DNA of 64,000 bases from Clostridia bacterium (GCA_045589295.1 JAZNOU010000002.1:1-64000), one strand, 5' to 3'. Shown: positions 1-8,393, numbered from the stretch's first letter. Numbers and translations: made by a program. Notes: generated from the sequence alone by a model not told the origin.

Positions 1-103
1 CATCTTTTTTTATTGGAATTGAAACAACCTTTTTTAAAAAGGTAAGATAAAGTCCATAGAAATATAAATTAAAGGACAGGATGATTAATTTGAGTTTAGG
101 CAT
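1..103 (-). CDS. partial CDS running off the left edge (MPKLKLIILSFNLYFYGLYLTFLKK...), unknown product
   Basis: ATG at 103 on the minus strand preceded by GGAG (ctcc at 110-113); frame open to position 1. Confidence 0.4.
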   Translation of the reverse strand, partial: MPKLKLIILSFNLYFYGLYLTFLKKVVSIPIKKD

Positions 104-182
104 ATTATTCTCCGATTTTATTTTTTATATAGTATTGTAATAAAGAGATTAAAATATGTATTACATAAAGGAAGGAAATAAA

Positions 183-608
183 ATGAAAAAGGAAAGTATA
201 ACAAAAATAACCGTAAGATATTCTGAAACTGATAAAATGGGAATAGTTCATCATTCAAGATATTATCCATGGTTTGAGGTTGCAAGAGGCGATTTTATAA
301 AAATGATAGGCTTAAGCTATGACAAAATGGAAAAAGACGGTATATACTTACCTTTGATTGAAACAGGTGCAAGATATTTTGAGGGTGCCAGATATGACGA
401 GGATGTAGAAGTTTTTTGCAGATTAAAGTCTATGGGAGTTGTAAGATGTACATTTGAATATGAGGTAAAAAGGACTTCGGACGGAAAAACATTAACTACC
501 GGAAAGACTTCTCATGCTTTTTGTGATACAACAATGAAACCGATAAATTTAAAAAAGAAATTCCCTGAATATTACGATAAAATAAGTGCTTTGGTGTGTG
601 ATGAGTAG
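183..608 (+). CDS. acyl-CoA thioesterase, YbgC/FadM (4HBT hotdog) family
   Basis: VRYSETDKMGIVHHSRYYPWFE motif; AAGGAAGG RBS before ATG 183. Confidence 0.9.
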   Translation: MKKESITKITVRYSETDKMGIVHHSRYYPWFEVARGDFIKMIGLSYDKMEKDGIYLPLIETGARYFEGARYDEDVEVFCRLKSMGVVRCTFEYEVKRTSDGKTLTTGKTSHAFCDTTMKPINLKKKFPEYYDKISALVCDE

Positions 609-634
609 TAATTGTTTGGTGATAAATGAATAAT

Positions 635-669
635 AAAAAAATCCTATCAAAAAGATAGGATTTTTATTT
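635..669. terminator. bidirectional intrinsic terminator
   Basis: AAAAAATCCTATC-loop-GATAGGATTTTT between the convergent thioesterase and tRNA-Gly genes. Confidence 0.8.
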
Positions 670-744
670 TGGAGCGGAAGACGAGATTCGAACTCGCGAC
701 GTTCACCTTGGCAAGGTGACGCTCTACCACTGAGCCACTCCCGC
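670..744 (-). tRNA. tRNA-Gly(GCC)
   Basis: GCGGGAGTGGCTCAGTGGTAGAGC...TTGCCAA...GTTCGAATC...CTCCA. Confidence 0.97.
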
Positions 745-756
745 AAACATGTTTAT

Positions 757-857
757 ATTCTAACATATTCCGACTTATCTGTCAATAGTTTTTATAAAAT
801 ATTTTTTAAATTAATTGTAAAAATACTATTGACATTTATTATTTTATATGTTATAAT
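757..857. promoter_or_regulatory. divergent sigma70-type promoters for the tRNA-Gly (-) and tRNA-Leu (+) loci
   Basis: minus: TTGACA(785-780)-17-TAGAAT; plus: TTGACA(829-834)-17-TATAAT(852-857). Confidence 0.8.
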
Positions 858-893
858 AATATTCGTTGTTAAGTTAGGAATAAGACTTAATAT

Positions 894-1111
894 GCGCCTG
901 TGGCGGAATTTTTTCGATGTCCCAAGAAAACCATGCGATAGCTTGTTTTATTGGTTGACAGAGATTATGCAGCGAACAAAGTGAGTCGCTGGCAGACTTG
1001 TCTGACAACTTCCGCGTCAAGCGTAATTTAAAACTTAATATGCGCCTGTGGCGGAATTGGCAGACGCGCTAGACTTAGGATCTAGTGTCCCCGACGTGAA
1101 GGTTCAAGTCC
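894..1111 (+). pseudogene. two truncated tandem tRNA-Leu copies (894-910, 5' 17 nt only; 1042-1111, lacking the 3' acceptor strand)
   Basis: near identity to the intact tRNA-Leu at 1172; both copies share the upstream flank ACTTAATAT. Confidence 0.85.
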
Positions 1112-1171
1112 CTGAAGGTTTGCTAACGAAGTACGGCTCGTGTAAATGCTAACAACTAAAATTTAATATCT

Positions 1172-1255
1172 GCGCCAGTGGCGGAATTGGCAGACGCGCT
1201 AGACTTAGGATCTAGTGTCCCCGACGTGAAGGTTCAAGTCCTTTCTGGCGCACCA
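1172..1255 (+). tRNA. tRNA-Leu(TAG)
   Basis: GCGCCAG/CTGGCGC acceptor stem, CTAGA-CTTAGGA-TCTAG anticodon arm, long variable arm, CCA. Confidence 0.97.
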
Positions 1256-1394
1256 GCGTAAAGGTACAGTTATTTTTTATAATAATTGTGCCTTTTTTCT
1301 TTGCAAAAAATCGCTGGTGATATTCAAGTTTTGAAAACAGAATTATACGAAGTTACTGTTCCTCTATCGCACTTTAATTTAATAACTTTGATTA

Positions 1395-1424
1395 AGTCGT
1401 ATCGAAATGATGCGGCTTTTTTAT
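1395..1424 (+). terminator. terminator/attenuator hairpin directly upstream of the repA RBS
   Basis: AAGTCGTATC-GAAAT-GATGCGGCTT followed by a T-run. Confidence 0.6.
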
Positions 1425-1446
1425 TTGCGAAATGGAGGAATTTTTT

Positions 1447-2229
1447 ATGAAACTATATACTGAAAATTTTACGATTATACTAAACAAACATATAACTAAT
1501 ACAGAGATTGATACCTATGAATTTCGAGTGCTTTGCTATCTTCTAATGTTGTCCGATGACGATGGCATTTGCTTTCCATCATACAATACGATTGCTGAAA
1601 AAATCGGTATAGGCGAAACAAAAGCAAAGAATGCCATCAAGCATTTGATTGAACTTGGAATTATTAAAAAGACTAACCGAACAAAAGAAGATGGCAGCGC
1701 CGGTTCCAATTTATATGTGGTGTGTGAAAAGACCACTATGCAGGTCGCAGAAAAACCTGATGAGGTTGTTTCAAGTACGACCTCTTGTGTGCCTGATGAC
1801 CTACCCTATTGTTGTGAAATGAATGAGGGTTGTGTGCAAGACGACTACAATAAATACTCAAATATAAATAATAAATATTTTATTAATAACCATCTATCAT
1901 CAATAGAAGATGTGATGGATCAGGCAGAAACATATGAACTTGAAGGATTATCGAAAAAGAATTATGAAACTGCGATTGAAATTATGTTTAATTCAGAATC
2001 AATTTCAGTCTGCGGTGAAACCATTCCTCGTGAAATTGTTCGTAAACGGCTGGAAAATATCAGCTACGAGCATATCGTCTATGTCGATAACAATATGCCG
2101 AGGAAAATGGTTAATGGTAAGGTTGAAATTCAAGTCAGAAGTCCTGTTCCTTATATCGTTACAGCTCTGTATAATGCATTGCGTTATACCGCAGATGAAA
2201 TTGTCAGAATGGAATATGGTGACGGATAA
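1447..2229 (+). CDS. replication initiator-like protein (N-terminal HTH, C-terminal DUF6017-like domain)
   Basis: CFPSYNTIAEKIG...AIKHLIELGIIKK HTH; C-terminal IPREIVRKRL..EHIVYV..YIVTALYNA as in ICE RepA proteins; GGAGG RBS. Confidence 0.75.
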   Translation: MKLYTENFTIILNKHITNTEIDTYEFRVLCYLLMLSDDDGICFPSYNTIAEKIGIGETKAKNAIKHLIELGIIKKTNRTKEDGSAGSNLYVVCEKTTMQVAEKPDEVVSSTTSCVPDDLPYCCEMNEGCVQDDYNKYSNINNKYFINNHLSSIEDVMDQAETYELEGLSKKNYETAIEIMFNSESISVCGETIPREIVRKRLENISYEHIVYVDNNMPRKMVNGKVEIQVRSPVPYIVTALYNALRYTADEIVRMEYGDG

Positions 2230-2256
2230 TTAATTATTCTTATTCCAATATCCCAT

Positions 2257-2425
2257 AAAAATTTGAAACAACGTTTCAAATTTTTTCGCGAAAATTCTCG
2301 GGCCGATAATTTGAGAATTTCCCAGACTTAGGTCTGGGGCAAGCATAGCGTCCGGCTGTCTGCCTGCCGCGAAGCGCCTCCCTGAAGGCGCTTTTTTCTC
2401 GGGCAGAAGCCCGGCCCCACTTACT
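2257..2425. promoter_or_regulatory. putative oriT
   Basis: GC-rich cluster of inverted repeats upstream of mobC; minus-strand TATGCTTGCC (within 2336-2348) next to the hairpin CCCAGAC-TTAG-GTCTGGG resembles MOB_P nic sites. Confidence 0.6.
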
Positions 2426-2451
2426 ATATTTTTAAGTTAGGAGAGATTTAT

Positions 2452-2769
2452 ATGAAAGACAACAGAAGAAGAGATATGACATTGACGATAAGAGTTACGG
2501 AGAAAGAAAAGCAATATATAAAGAAGCGTGCTAAAAAAGCAGGCCTCTCTACCACAGATTATATAGTCAGACTTTCTCTCGAAACACCTATATTTATTCC
2601 GGTTAATATGCAACCGTTTTTGTTAGAACTCAAGCGCATCGGAAACAATATTAATCAGCTTACAACAAAGGTAAATTCTAAGGTTTTTTCGTCGTATAAC
2701 TTCTGTGAATTTATCGATGCAATTGAAAAATTAACTGAACGAATAGGTGACGTTGGGAGGAGAAATTGA
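2452..2769 (+). CDS. mobC: MobC relaxosome accessory protein (RHH)
   Basis: TIRVTEKEK N-terminus and ELKRIGNNINQL motif; stop overlaps the relaxase ATG. Confidence 0.92.
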   Translation: MKDNRRRDMTLTIRVTEKEKQYIKKRAKKAGLSTTDYIVRLSLETPIFIPVNMQPFLLELKRIGNNINQLTTKVNSKVFSSYNFCEFIDAIEKLTERIGDVGRRN

Positions 2770-4298
2770 TGGCAATATTAGTTGCAATTCGTTCAACCAA
2801 ACAAAGCCCGAGTGCAATGCGCGGACTCATCAATTACTGTCTTCAGGAGAAGAAAACTTTTGATATAAATTCAGGTAGAAAACTTATCACCGGAGTGAAC
2901 TGTGTCCCTCAAAATGCTTACACTGAATTTATGACAACCAAGGCAGTATATCATCAAGAGAGAGGAGTTAATTTTTATCACTTCTCTCAATCGTTTTCTC
3001 CCGAAGAAAAAATCACACCTGAAGAGGCGCATGAGGTAGCGATTGAGTTCGTAAAGAAAGCATGGCCAGGGCATGAAGTTTTAGTTTGTACACACATGGA
3101 TGAACCTCATTTACATTCAAATATTGTTGTTAATTCTGTAAATTTTAAGAACGGTACAAAGCTTCATTTATCACCCAACTCTCTCAAAGCTCTGCGAGAT
3201 TTAAATGACGAGGTTTGCAAAAGTCATAACCTCTCTGTACTTCCACCTTATCAAAAAGGCCGCAAGGGTATGTCTACAAGAGAATACCGAGCTGCCGAAA
3301 AAGGTCAGAGCTGGAAGTTCAGGCTTATGAGTGATATTAAATATGCGATGGAACGAAGCGGTAACCGTGAACAATTTACAAAAGAAATGGCAAAACAAGG
3401 ATACGAAATGAGGTGGACAGATGAAAGAAAAAATATAACTTTCACTTGTCCGAACGGAATGAAGTGCAGAGATATTAAACTGCATCATGATAAATTTTTG
3501 AAGGAGGCAATTGAAAATGAGTTTAAGATCAGAGAACAACTTACAAATGGATTCCAAACTGAAAGAATTAATGGAGAAGAACTCGAGGAATATGACGGAG
3601 TACGACAACAGCCAAGTGGAACTGAGAGTATATTCCATACCGGAGAAACAGAGGTCAACGGAACTGAAAATGATACAGGATATGATAGAATTCCAACCGG
3701 AGCTGTACATGCTAATAAAGACTCTGGCTACGAAAACAGAGATATCGAATATGTCGAAAGCGATGCTACAGAATCTGCTGAACGAGAACCGGAGTATCAT
3801 GAGCAACCTGACATCAACGAATGCAGTGACGGTAGCGAAGATGGAGAATTTGTTGCAACAGGATGGGAACGAGAGAGACAAGTATATTTCGAAATTCTCC
3901 GAAACCCTGGATACCGAGGCAACGAAATTGAGCAAACTGACGAGCAATTTAGAGAAACACCTGTGGAAGTTCCTGGGGATATCGGTAGGAGCGGCAACAT
4001 TATTCTCGACGTTGGTGTCGGTACTCTTACAGCTGTGGCTTCGCTGATGGATAACGACCAAGACGATGATCCGGAAGAAAAGAAAAAGAAACTCGATGCC
4101 AAGGATGCAGGTTCAAATGTTGGGTTTACATTAGGTAGTGCCATAGGTCTTGCGGCTGCACTTATAGCGAAGAGCAAAAAGCAAGATGAGGACATAACCG
4201 AAACCCCGATAGAAGAACCTGACAAGGTAGAAGATATCAACAACGAACCATACGAAGAAAGTGAGGATTTAGATGAAGGTTTCAAGTTGGAGATGTAG
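2769..4298 (+). CDS. MOB_P relaxase/mobilization nuclease
   Basis: INYC (Tyr motif I), YHFSQSFSP..ITPEEAH, THMDEPHLHSNIVVNSV. Confidence 0.92.
   Translation: MAILVAIRSTKQSPSAMRGLINYCLQEKKTFDINSGRKLITGVNCVPQNAYTEFMTTKAVYHQERGVNFYHFSQSFSPEEKITPEEAHEVAIEFVKKAWPGHEVLVCTHMDEPHLHSNIVVNSVNFKNGTKLHLSPNSLKALRDLNDEVCKSHNLSVLPPYQKGRKGMSTREYRAAEKGQSWKFRLMSDIKYAMERSGNREQFTKEMAKQGYEMRWTDERKNITFTCPNGMKCRDIKLHHDKFLKEAIENEFKIREQLTNGFQTERINGEELEEYDGVRQQPSGTESIFHTGETEVNGTENDTGYDRIPTGAVHANKDSGYENRDIEYVESDATESAEREPEYHEQPDINECSDGSEDGEFVATGWERERQVYFEILRNPGYRGNEIEQTDEQFRETPVEVPGDIGRSGNIILDVGVGTLTAVASLMDNDQDDDPEEKKKKLDAKDAGSNVGFTLGSAIGLAAALIAKSKKQDEDITETPIEEPDKVEDINNEPYEESEDLDEGFKLEM
3517..4047 (+). CDS. nested overprinted gene inside the relaxase (+1 frame): coiled-coil protein with a C-terminal TM helix (MobB-like)
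   Basis: AAGGAGG at 3501-3507, 9 nt before ATG 3517; 176-aa open frame; hydrophobic C-terminus. Confidence 0.7.
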   Translation: MSLRSENNLQMDSKLKELMEKNSRNMTEYDNSQVELRVYSIPEKQRSTELKMIQDMIEFQPELYMLIKTLATKTEISNMSKAMLQNLLNENRSIMSNLTSTNAVTVAKMENLLQQDGNERDKYISKFSETLDTEATKLSKLTSNLEKHLWKFLGISVGAATLFSTLVSVLLQLWLR

Positions 4299-4452
4299 CG
4301 ATAAGCAAGTAAGAGAACACACAAGGTTTAGATTGTTGTGTAACAATAGCACTTGACATCCCACCTTTTCATCATAATTACATCAACAGTCGGCAATCCC
4401 ACTCAAATGAGCCTAAAAATTTGAAAAAATTTATCTATTTTTAAAAAATACC

Positions 4453-4481
4453 TTGTAATTTGGGTGGAAATATGTTACAAT
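4453..4481 (+). promoter_or_regulatory. sigma70-type promoter of the HD operon
   Basis: TTGTAA-17-TACAAT with extended -10 TG. Confidence 0.6.
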
Positions 4482-4648
4482 ACCACTGTATCATATTTTT
4501 TTGAGTATCAAATTTAAGTATTTTGAATATAATTTAAATAGGATATGAAGATTGCAGTACCTAAGAAAGTAGGCAGATATAAGTTCCTACCGAGGGAAAT
4601 AAAATGACCCCTCGTTGGGTTTATTTTATTTTTAGAGGTGTATCAGAG

Positions 4649-5068
4649 ATGTATTCGAGTGAAAAGATTTTCATAATGAAGTTTCTTGCAGGATTAAAAA
4701 AGTTGGGAATTACAGAAATTCCTTATGACAATGATGATTTTTACAGAGGTGCCGAAAGCATGCAACAGTATTTTCACCTTAATAGGAATGTGCTTGGAAG
4801 CCATGCAAATGAATTGTCAATGTTGTTTTTAAAGAAACCTATGGGTGGAACTTTTTTTGAATTTAGAGAAGGAATTGCAAGACAAAACGGAAGTTTGATG
4901 TCTTTCGAAAATCCTCATTATATAAGTGCGACAATAAAACTTGATGAAATAGGTGCAAATTTCATCCTGGATCAAGATAATCTTGATATTTCACGTGAGC
5001 AGATATTAGGTTTTTCTAAGGCTTTTTGTGAAGGTGCTGAAATTGATTACGAAAATGCGGGGATTTGA
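4649..5068 (+). CDS. hypothetical 139-aa protein, partner of the HD/PRTase gene (possibly winged-helix-like)
   Basis: GAGGTG RBS before ATG 4649; stop 2 nt before the next ATG. Confidence 0.7.
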   Translation: MYSSEKIFIMKFLAGLKKLGITEIPYDNDDFYRGAESMQQYFHLNRNVLGSHANELSMLFLKKPMGGTFFEFREGIARQNGSLMSFENPHYISATIKLDEIGANFILDQDNLDISREQILGFSKAFCEGAEIDYENAGI

Positions 5069-5070
5069 TA

Positions 5071-7806
5071 ATGAGATTCATAGATATTTTTAATTCGGAA
5101 CAATGTAAAGATTTGTATCAAAGCGTCAACCAGTTTTCTTCAGATTGTTTAAAACAGTATAATGACGAGATTGAGTCTTTGGGCTTTAATTTTAAGTCCA
5201 AAGACATTTTTGATTATGTATGGGGAACGGTGGAACTTAGTGCTGTAGAAATATGTTTAATTGATAGTCCATTAGTTCAAAGATTGCGAAACATAAAACA
5301 ATTGGGTTTTGCACATTATGTGTATTGCAATGCTGATTATAGTAGGTTCGCACATACTATTGGAGTTATTGAAATCGCAGGAAGAATGTCTAAAATGATT
5401 ACTCGTAATCTTAAACAGGCAATTCCAAATAAGGACAAATTTAACATGGAGGAAGTTGTTAGATTAGCAGCTTTGTTTCACGACAGTGGACATATGTTTT
5501 ATAGTCACGTTTCAGAAAGGTTTTTTACTAACAATAAAAATTATGATGGAATTGAACAAACAACCGGAGCACTTACCTACTTCAACGAGCAAATTTCAAC
5601 AAGGGCATCTTTGCATGAAATGTTAAGTGTTATGCTTGTTAATTCAAATGAAGTACATAGATTTTTTTCATTAACTGCAAAACATCTGAATAATTCCAAA
5701 ATCTTAAAATCTGAAGAAGTAGATATTCTCATTGATTATATATCAGGTTTAATTGTCGGAACAGCTGTGGATAAAAGTATTTTACCATATTCTATGATTA
5801 TTAAAGGTGCAATCGACGCAGACCGCATGGATTATTTGTCTAGAGACTCAAGTACAACTAAGGTTCCTCTTGCAGTGGATATTGGAAGATTAATAAATAA
5901 AATAACGGTTGTAAAAATTAATAATTACCAGCCTTCTAATGTTTGGAATGATCACTCCGAAGAAGACTACCCATATCAGAGTATGGCTATACAGTATTCT
6001 GCACAGAGATTGATTTGGCAGTTATTTATGGCTCGTTCAATTTTGTATCAAAGTATTTATTTTCACCATAAAAAATTAACTGCAGAATCAATGCTTAGAC
6101 AGGCTTGTGAAAATATTTTTCAGCTAATACCTGAAAAAAGTCATGATTTCTCTTATATTATGTCTTTGGATGATTGTGCTTTAAGTGAACACTTTGTTGA
6201 TATAATTATTCCAGACAGCCTTCAAAATGATACAAAATGTAAAAATGCACAAGACATTATTAAGCGCATTAAAAACCGTAATTTATATAAACGAGTAGCA
6301 AGTTTTTCTCAGGATATTCTTGATTCGGTACCCAACTATATATATGAAAGTTTTGTTACTAATGTTATAGAAAATCCTTTTTCTACAACATATTCCGAAT
6401 TTCTAAGAGAGTTGACTGATGAATATTATGTGGTTTTACAAAATTTGGGGAAAGCAAAACCAGAACATCAACCAATATTTATGTTTATTGAAGCAAATTG
6501 GAAAAATGAAATGTCAGATGATATACCTATCGACTTTGGTAACGCCCCATACAAAATGTCTTCACAGGTGTTTAAAGAAACGCCTACTTTTGGTGAAGAA
6601 AACCGCCAAAAACAATATTATTTGGTGACTGATCAAATTGAACGAGACTTAGTGTATATAGCTTTAGAAAAAATTTTGTTTTCAAAGTATAATATTAAGA
6701 TTAACGAAGGCTCCTCAACGTGTGCAAAATTTACAAGTGAGCAAATTGCCAAGACAAAATCGGAACTATTCGAGCTAAATTACTATAAAGATTCATTGGT
6801 ATTATTACCCGATAGAATTGTGAGAAATTTATATAATCGTAGGACTTTTTCAAATATAGTTTCCAAATACCAAAGTTTTTCTGGTGTTAGAGGATCTAAA
6901 GTGACAGAGCAATCTCTATTTGATTATCTTAAACAGTTCTTGTTGGTACCATGTACAAAAGATGAAATCAAACATTTATTAAACGGTGTTTTATCTCTTC
7001 TAGCACAAGCAACCTTTATTGATAGAGATTACTTTTCTGAAAAAGGGTCTGCACTTTTAAAACAGGTTTTACAAAAAGGGTATGAAAATAATTTGATGGT
7101 TAAATTAGGAGGAGCTTTTGACAGCGCCAATAGATTAACATATTATTTTAATGATATAGCTGAAAAGAGTGAATTCCGTTTTGTCGAAACTGTACCAGAT
7201 GCATTAAAATTATCTAGCGATTCTCCTGAAAAAAGTTGCATTGTCTTTTTTGATGATGGTGCTTATTCAGGAAAACAAGTTGTATCAATTTTCCAGGAAC
7301 TTATGGGAGTTCCTATTGAAGAGAGAGAAACGGATGAAATACATACAAAAGAATTGGATCCATCAAGCAAAGAGTTAATTAAATCATCAAAAATTATTCT
7401 TGCTTATATATGTTTTAATAAGATGTCCGAGAAAATCATATTAAAAAAATTGTCAGATTTAGGAATAGAAAATGTAGAGATTGTTTTTGAGCAAGATCTG
7501 TCTAACAAGATTTTTTCTGATACTTCAACAGTTTTTTCAACTATGGAAGAACGTGATATAGTTCACACAATGTTAAAAGATATCGGTTATCAGGTTCAAA
7601 AATCATCTAAATTACAAGAAGATGGGACATATACATCACGCTGGACCGAAGAACGTATTCAGGACGCTTCTTTAGGATATAATGATGCTCAACAAACTGT
7701 AATTTTTGAATTCAACGTACCGACATACACATTAACACCGTTCTGGCAAAATGGATACTATAATAAAAATGCGTGGAAAGGACTTTTTCAAAGAACAGAA
7801 AAATAA
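5071..7806 (+). CDS. HD-superfamily dNTP triphosphohydrolase-like domain fused to a C-terminal PRTase-like (PRTase-CE type) domain
   Basis: QRLRNIKQLG, SRFAHTIG, LFHDSGH..YSH, DADRMDYLSRDS, IYFH; C-terminal VFFDDGAYSGKQ, LGY..., NVPTYTLTPFW, WKGLFQR. Confidence 0.85.
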   Translation: MRFIDIFNSEQCKDLYQSVNQFSSDCLKQYNDEIESLGFNFKSKDIFDYVWGTVELSAVEICLIDSPLVQRLRNIKQLGFAHYVYCNADYSRFAHTIGVIEIAGRMSKMITRNLKQAIPNKDKFNMEEVVRLAALFHDSGHMFYSHVSERFFTNNKNYDGIEQTTGALTYFNEQISTRASLHEMLSVMLVNSNEVHRFFSLTAKHLNNSKILKSEEVDILIDYISGLIVGTAVDKSILPYSMIIKGAIDADRMDYLSRDSSTTKVPLAVDIGRLINKITVVKINNYQPSNVWNDHSEEDYPYQSMAIQYSAQRLIWQLFMARSILYQSIYFHHKKLTAESMLRQACENIFQLIPEKSHDFSYIMSLDDCALSEHFVDIIIPDSLQNDTKCKNAQDIIKRIKNRNLYKRVASFSQDILDSVPNYIYESFVTNVIENPFSTTYSEFLRELTDEYYVVLQNLGKAKPEHQPIFMFIEANWKNEMSDDIPIDFGNAPYKMSSQVFKETPTFGEENRQKQYYLVTDQIERDLVYIALEKILFSKYNIKINEGSSTCAKFTSEQIAKTKSELFELNYYKDSLVLLPDRIVRNLYNRRTFSNIVSKYQSFSGVRGSKVTEQSLFDYLKQFLLVPCTKDEIKHLLNGVLSLLAQATFIDRDYFSEKGSALLKQVLQKGYENNLMVKLGGAFDSANRLTYYFNDIAEKSEFRFVETVPDALKLSSDSPEKSCIVFFDDGAYSGKQVVSIFQELMGVPIEERETDEIHTKELDPSSKELIKSSKIILAYICFNKMSEKIILKKLSDLGIENVEIVFEQDLSNKIFSDTSTVFSTMEERDIVHTMLKDIGYQVQKSSKLQEDGTYTSRWTEERIQDASLGYNDAQQTVIFEFNVPTYTLTPFWQNGYYNKNAWKGLFQRTEK

Positions 7807-7817
7807 TTTTTTAATCA

Positions 7818-7846
7818 GGTTGTGCCTTGTTGGGTACAACCTTTTT
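7818..7846. terminator. terminator between the HD gene and the convergent small ORF
   Basis: AGGTTGTGCC-loop-GGTACAACCT plus T-run. Confidence 0.7.
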
Positions 7847-7855
7847 ACTATCTTC

Positions 7856-8008
7856 TTATGACAACTTGTCCTTTTTTATCCTAATAAAGAAATTCCAAGG
7901 ACGAATCACTTCAATATGTAAGTCGACCACATCAGGCTTACACAACATACATATTGTAATTATCAAAATCATTATAATCAAAGCAAGTCCTAAAACAATT
8001 AGAATCAT
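7856..8008 (-). CDS. 50-aa single-TM peptide (type I toxin-like), absent from the ORF track
   Basis: MILIVLGLALIIMILIITICMLCKPDVVDLHIEVIRPWNFFIRIKKDKLS; AGAGGT RBS; alternative in-frame ATG at 8026. Confidence 0.6.
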   Translation of the reverse strand: MILIVLGLALIIMILIITICMLCKPDVVDLHIEVIRPWNFFIRIKKDKLS

Positions 8009-8171
8009 AATACAACCTCTTTTCATTTGTGATATTTCTAATAATATTAGATGCTATTTTTCCAAAGTATTTCCAAATGGCTGATAATATCTTTAATTTC
8101 GTCTTTATTAGATATTCAAAAAAATAATTTCAAAAAAATTTTAGTATCATGCCGTAAATTTTCCAAAATCA

Positions 8172-8200
8172 TTGAAAAAGGAAAATTTTTGTGCTATAAT
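8172..8200 (+). promoter_or_regulatory. sigma70-type promoter of the NRPS operon
   Basis: TTGAAA-17-TATAAT with extended -10 TG. Confidence 0.8.
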
Positions 8201-8205
8201 TGTTA

Positions 8206-8393
8206 TGCTATATACTTACATTAAAATGGGGTAAGTATAATTGTTCACCACAAGGTGTACGCTAAATAGGTAAAAGCGTACACTCTGACGATCTAAACTT
8301 TGTGGTGAAGATATGTAAGTGTATAGCAACCTTATGTCAGAGTTAGTGCGTTTTTCGGTGCATAGCTCTAAAAACACGGGTTATGCACTTTTT
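8206..8393 (+). ncRNA. structured 5' leader/attenuator upstream of the NRPS
   Basis: three nested helices, an 8-bp long-range pairing, and mutually exclusive terminator/antiterminator hairpins. Confidence 0.65.

Noticed and set aside
549-746. 65-aa minus-strand ORF
   Set aside because: Shadow of tRNA-Gly and the terminator.
885-1255. repeat-spacer-like periodicity suggesting a CRISPR array
   Set aside because: The repeats are tRNA-Leu fragments of unequal length, the spacers are too long and unequal, and there are no cas genes.
3201-4324. 286-aa and 175-aa minus-strand ORFs opposite the relaxase
   Set aside because: Antisense shadows with biased Ser/Phe composition and no recognisable domains.
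7827-8084. 85-aa plus-strand ORF
   Set aside because: TTG start lies inside a terminator with no RBS; the minus-strand 50-aa ORF has a better RBS and protein profile.
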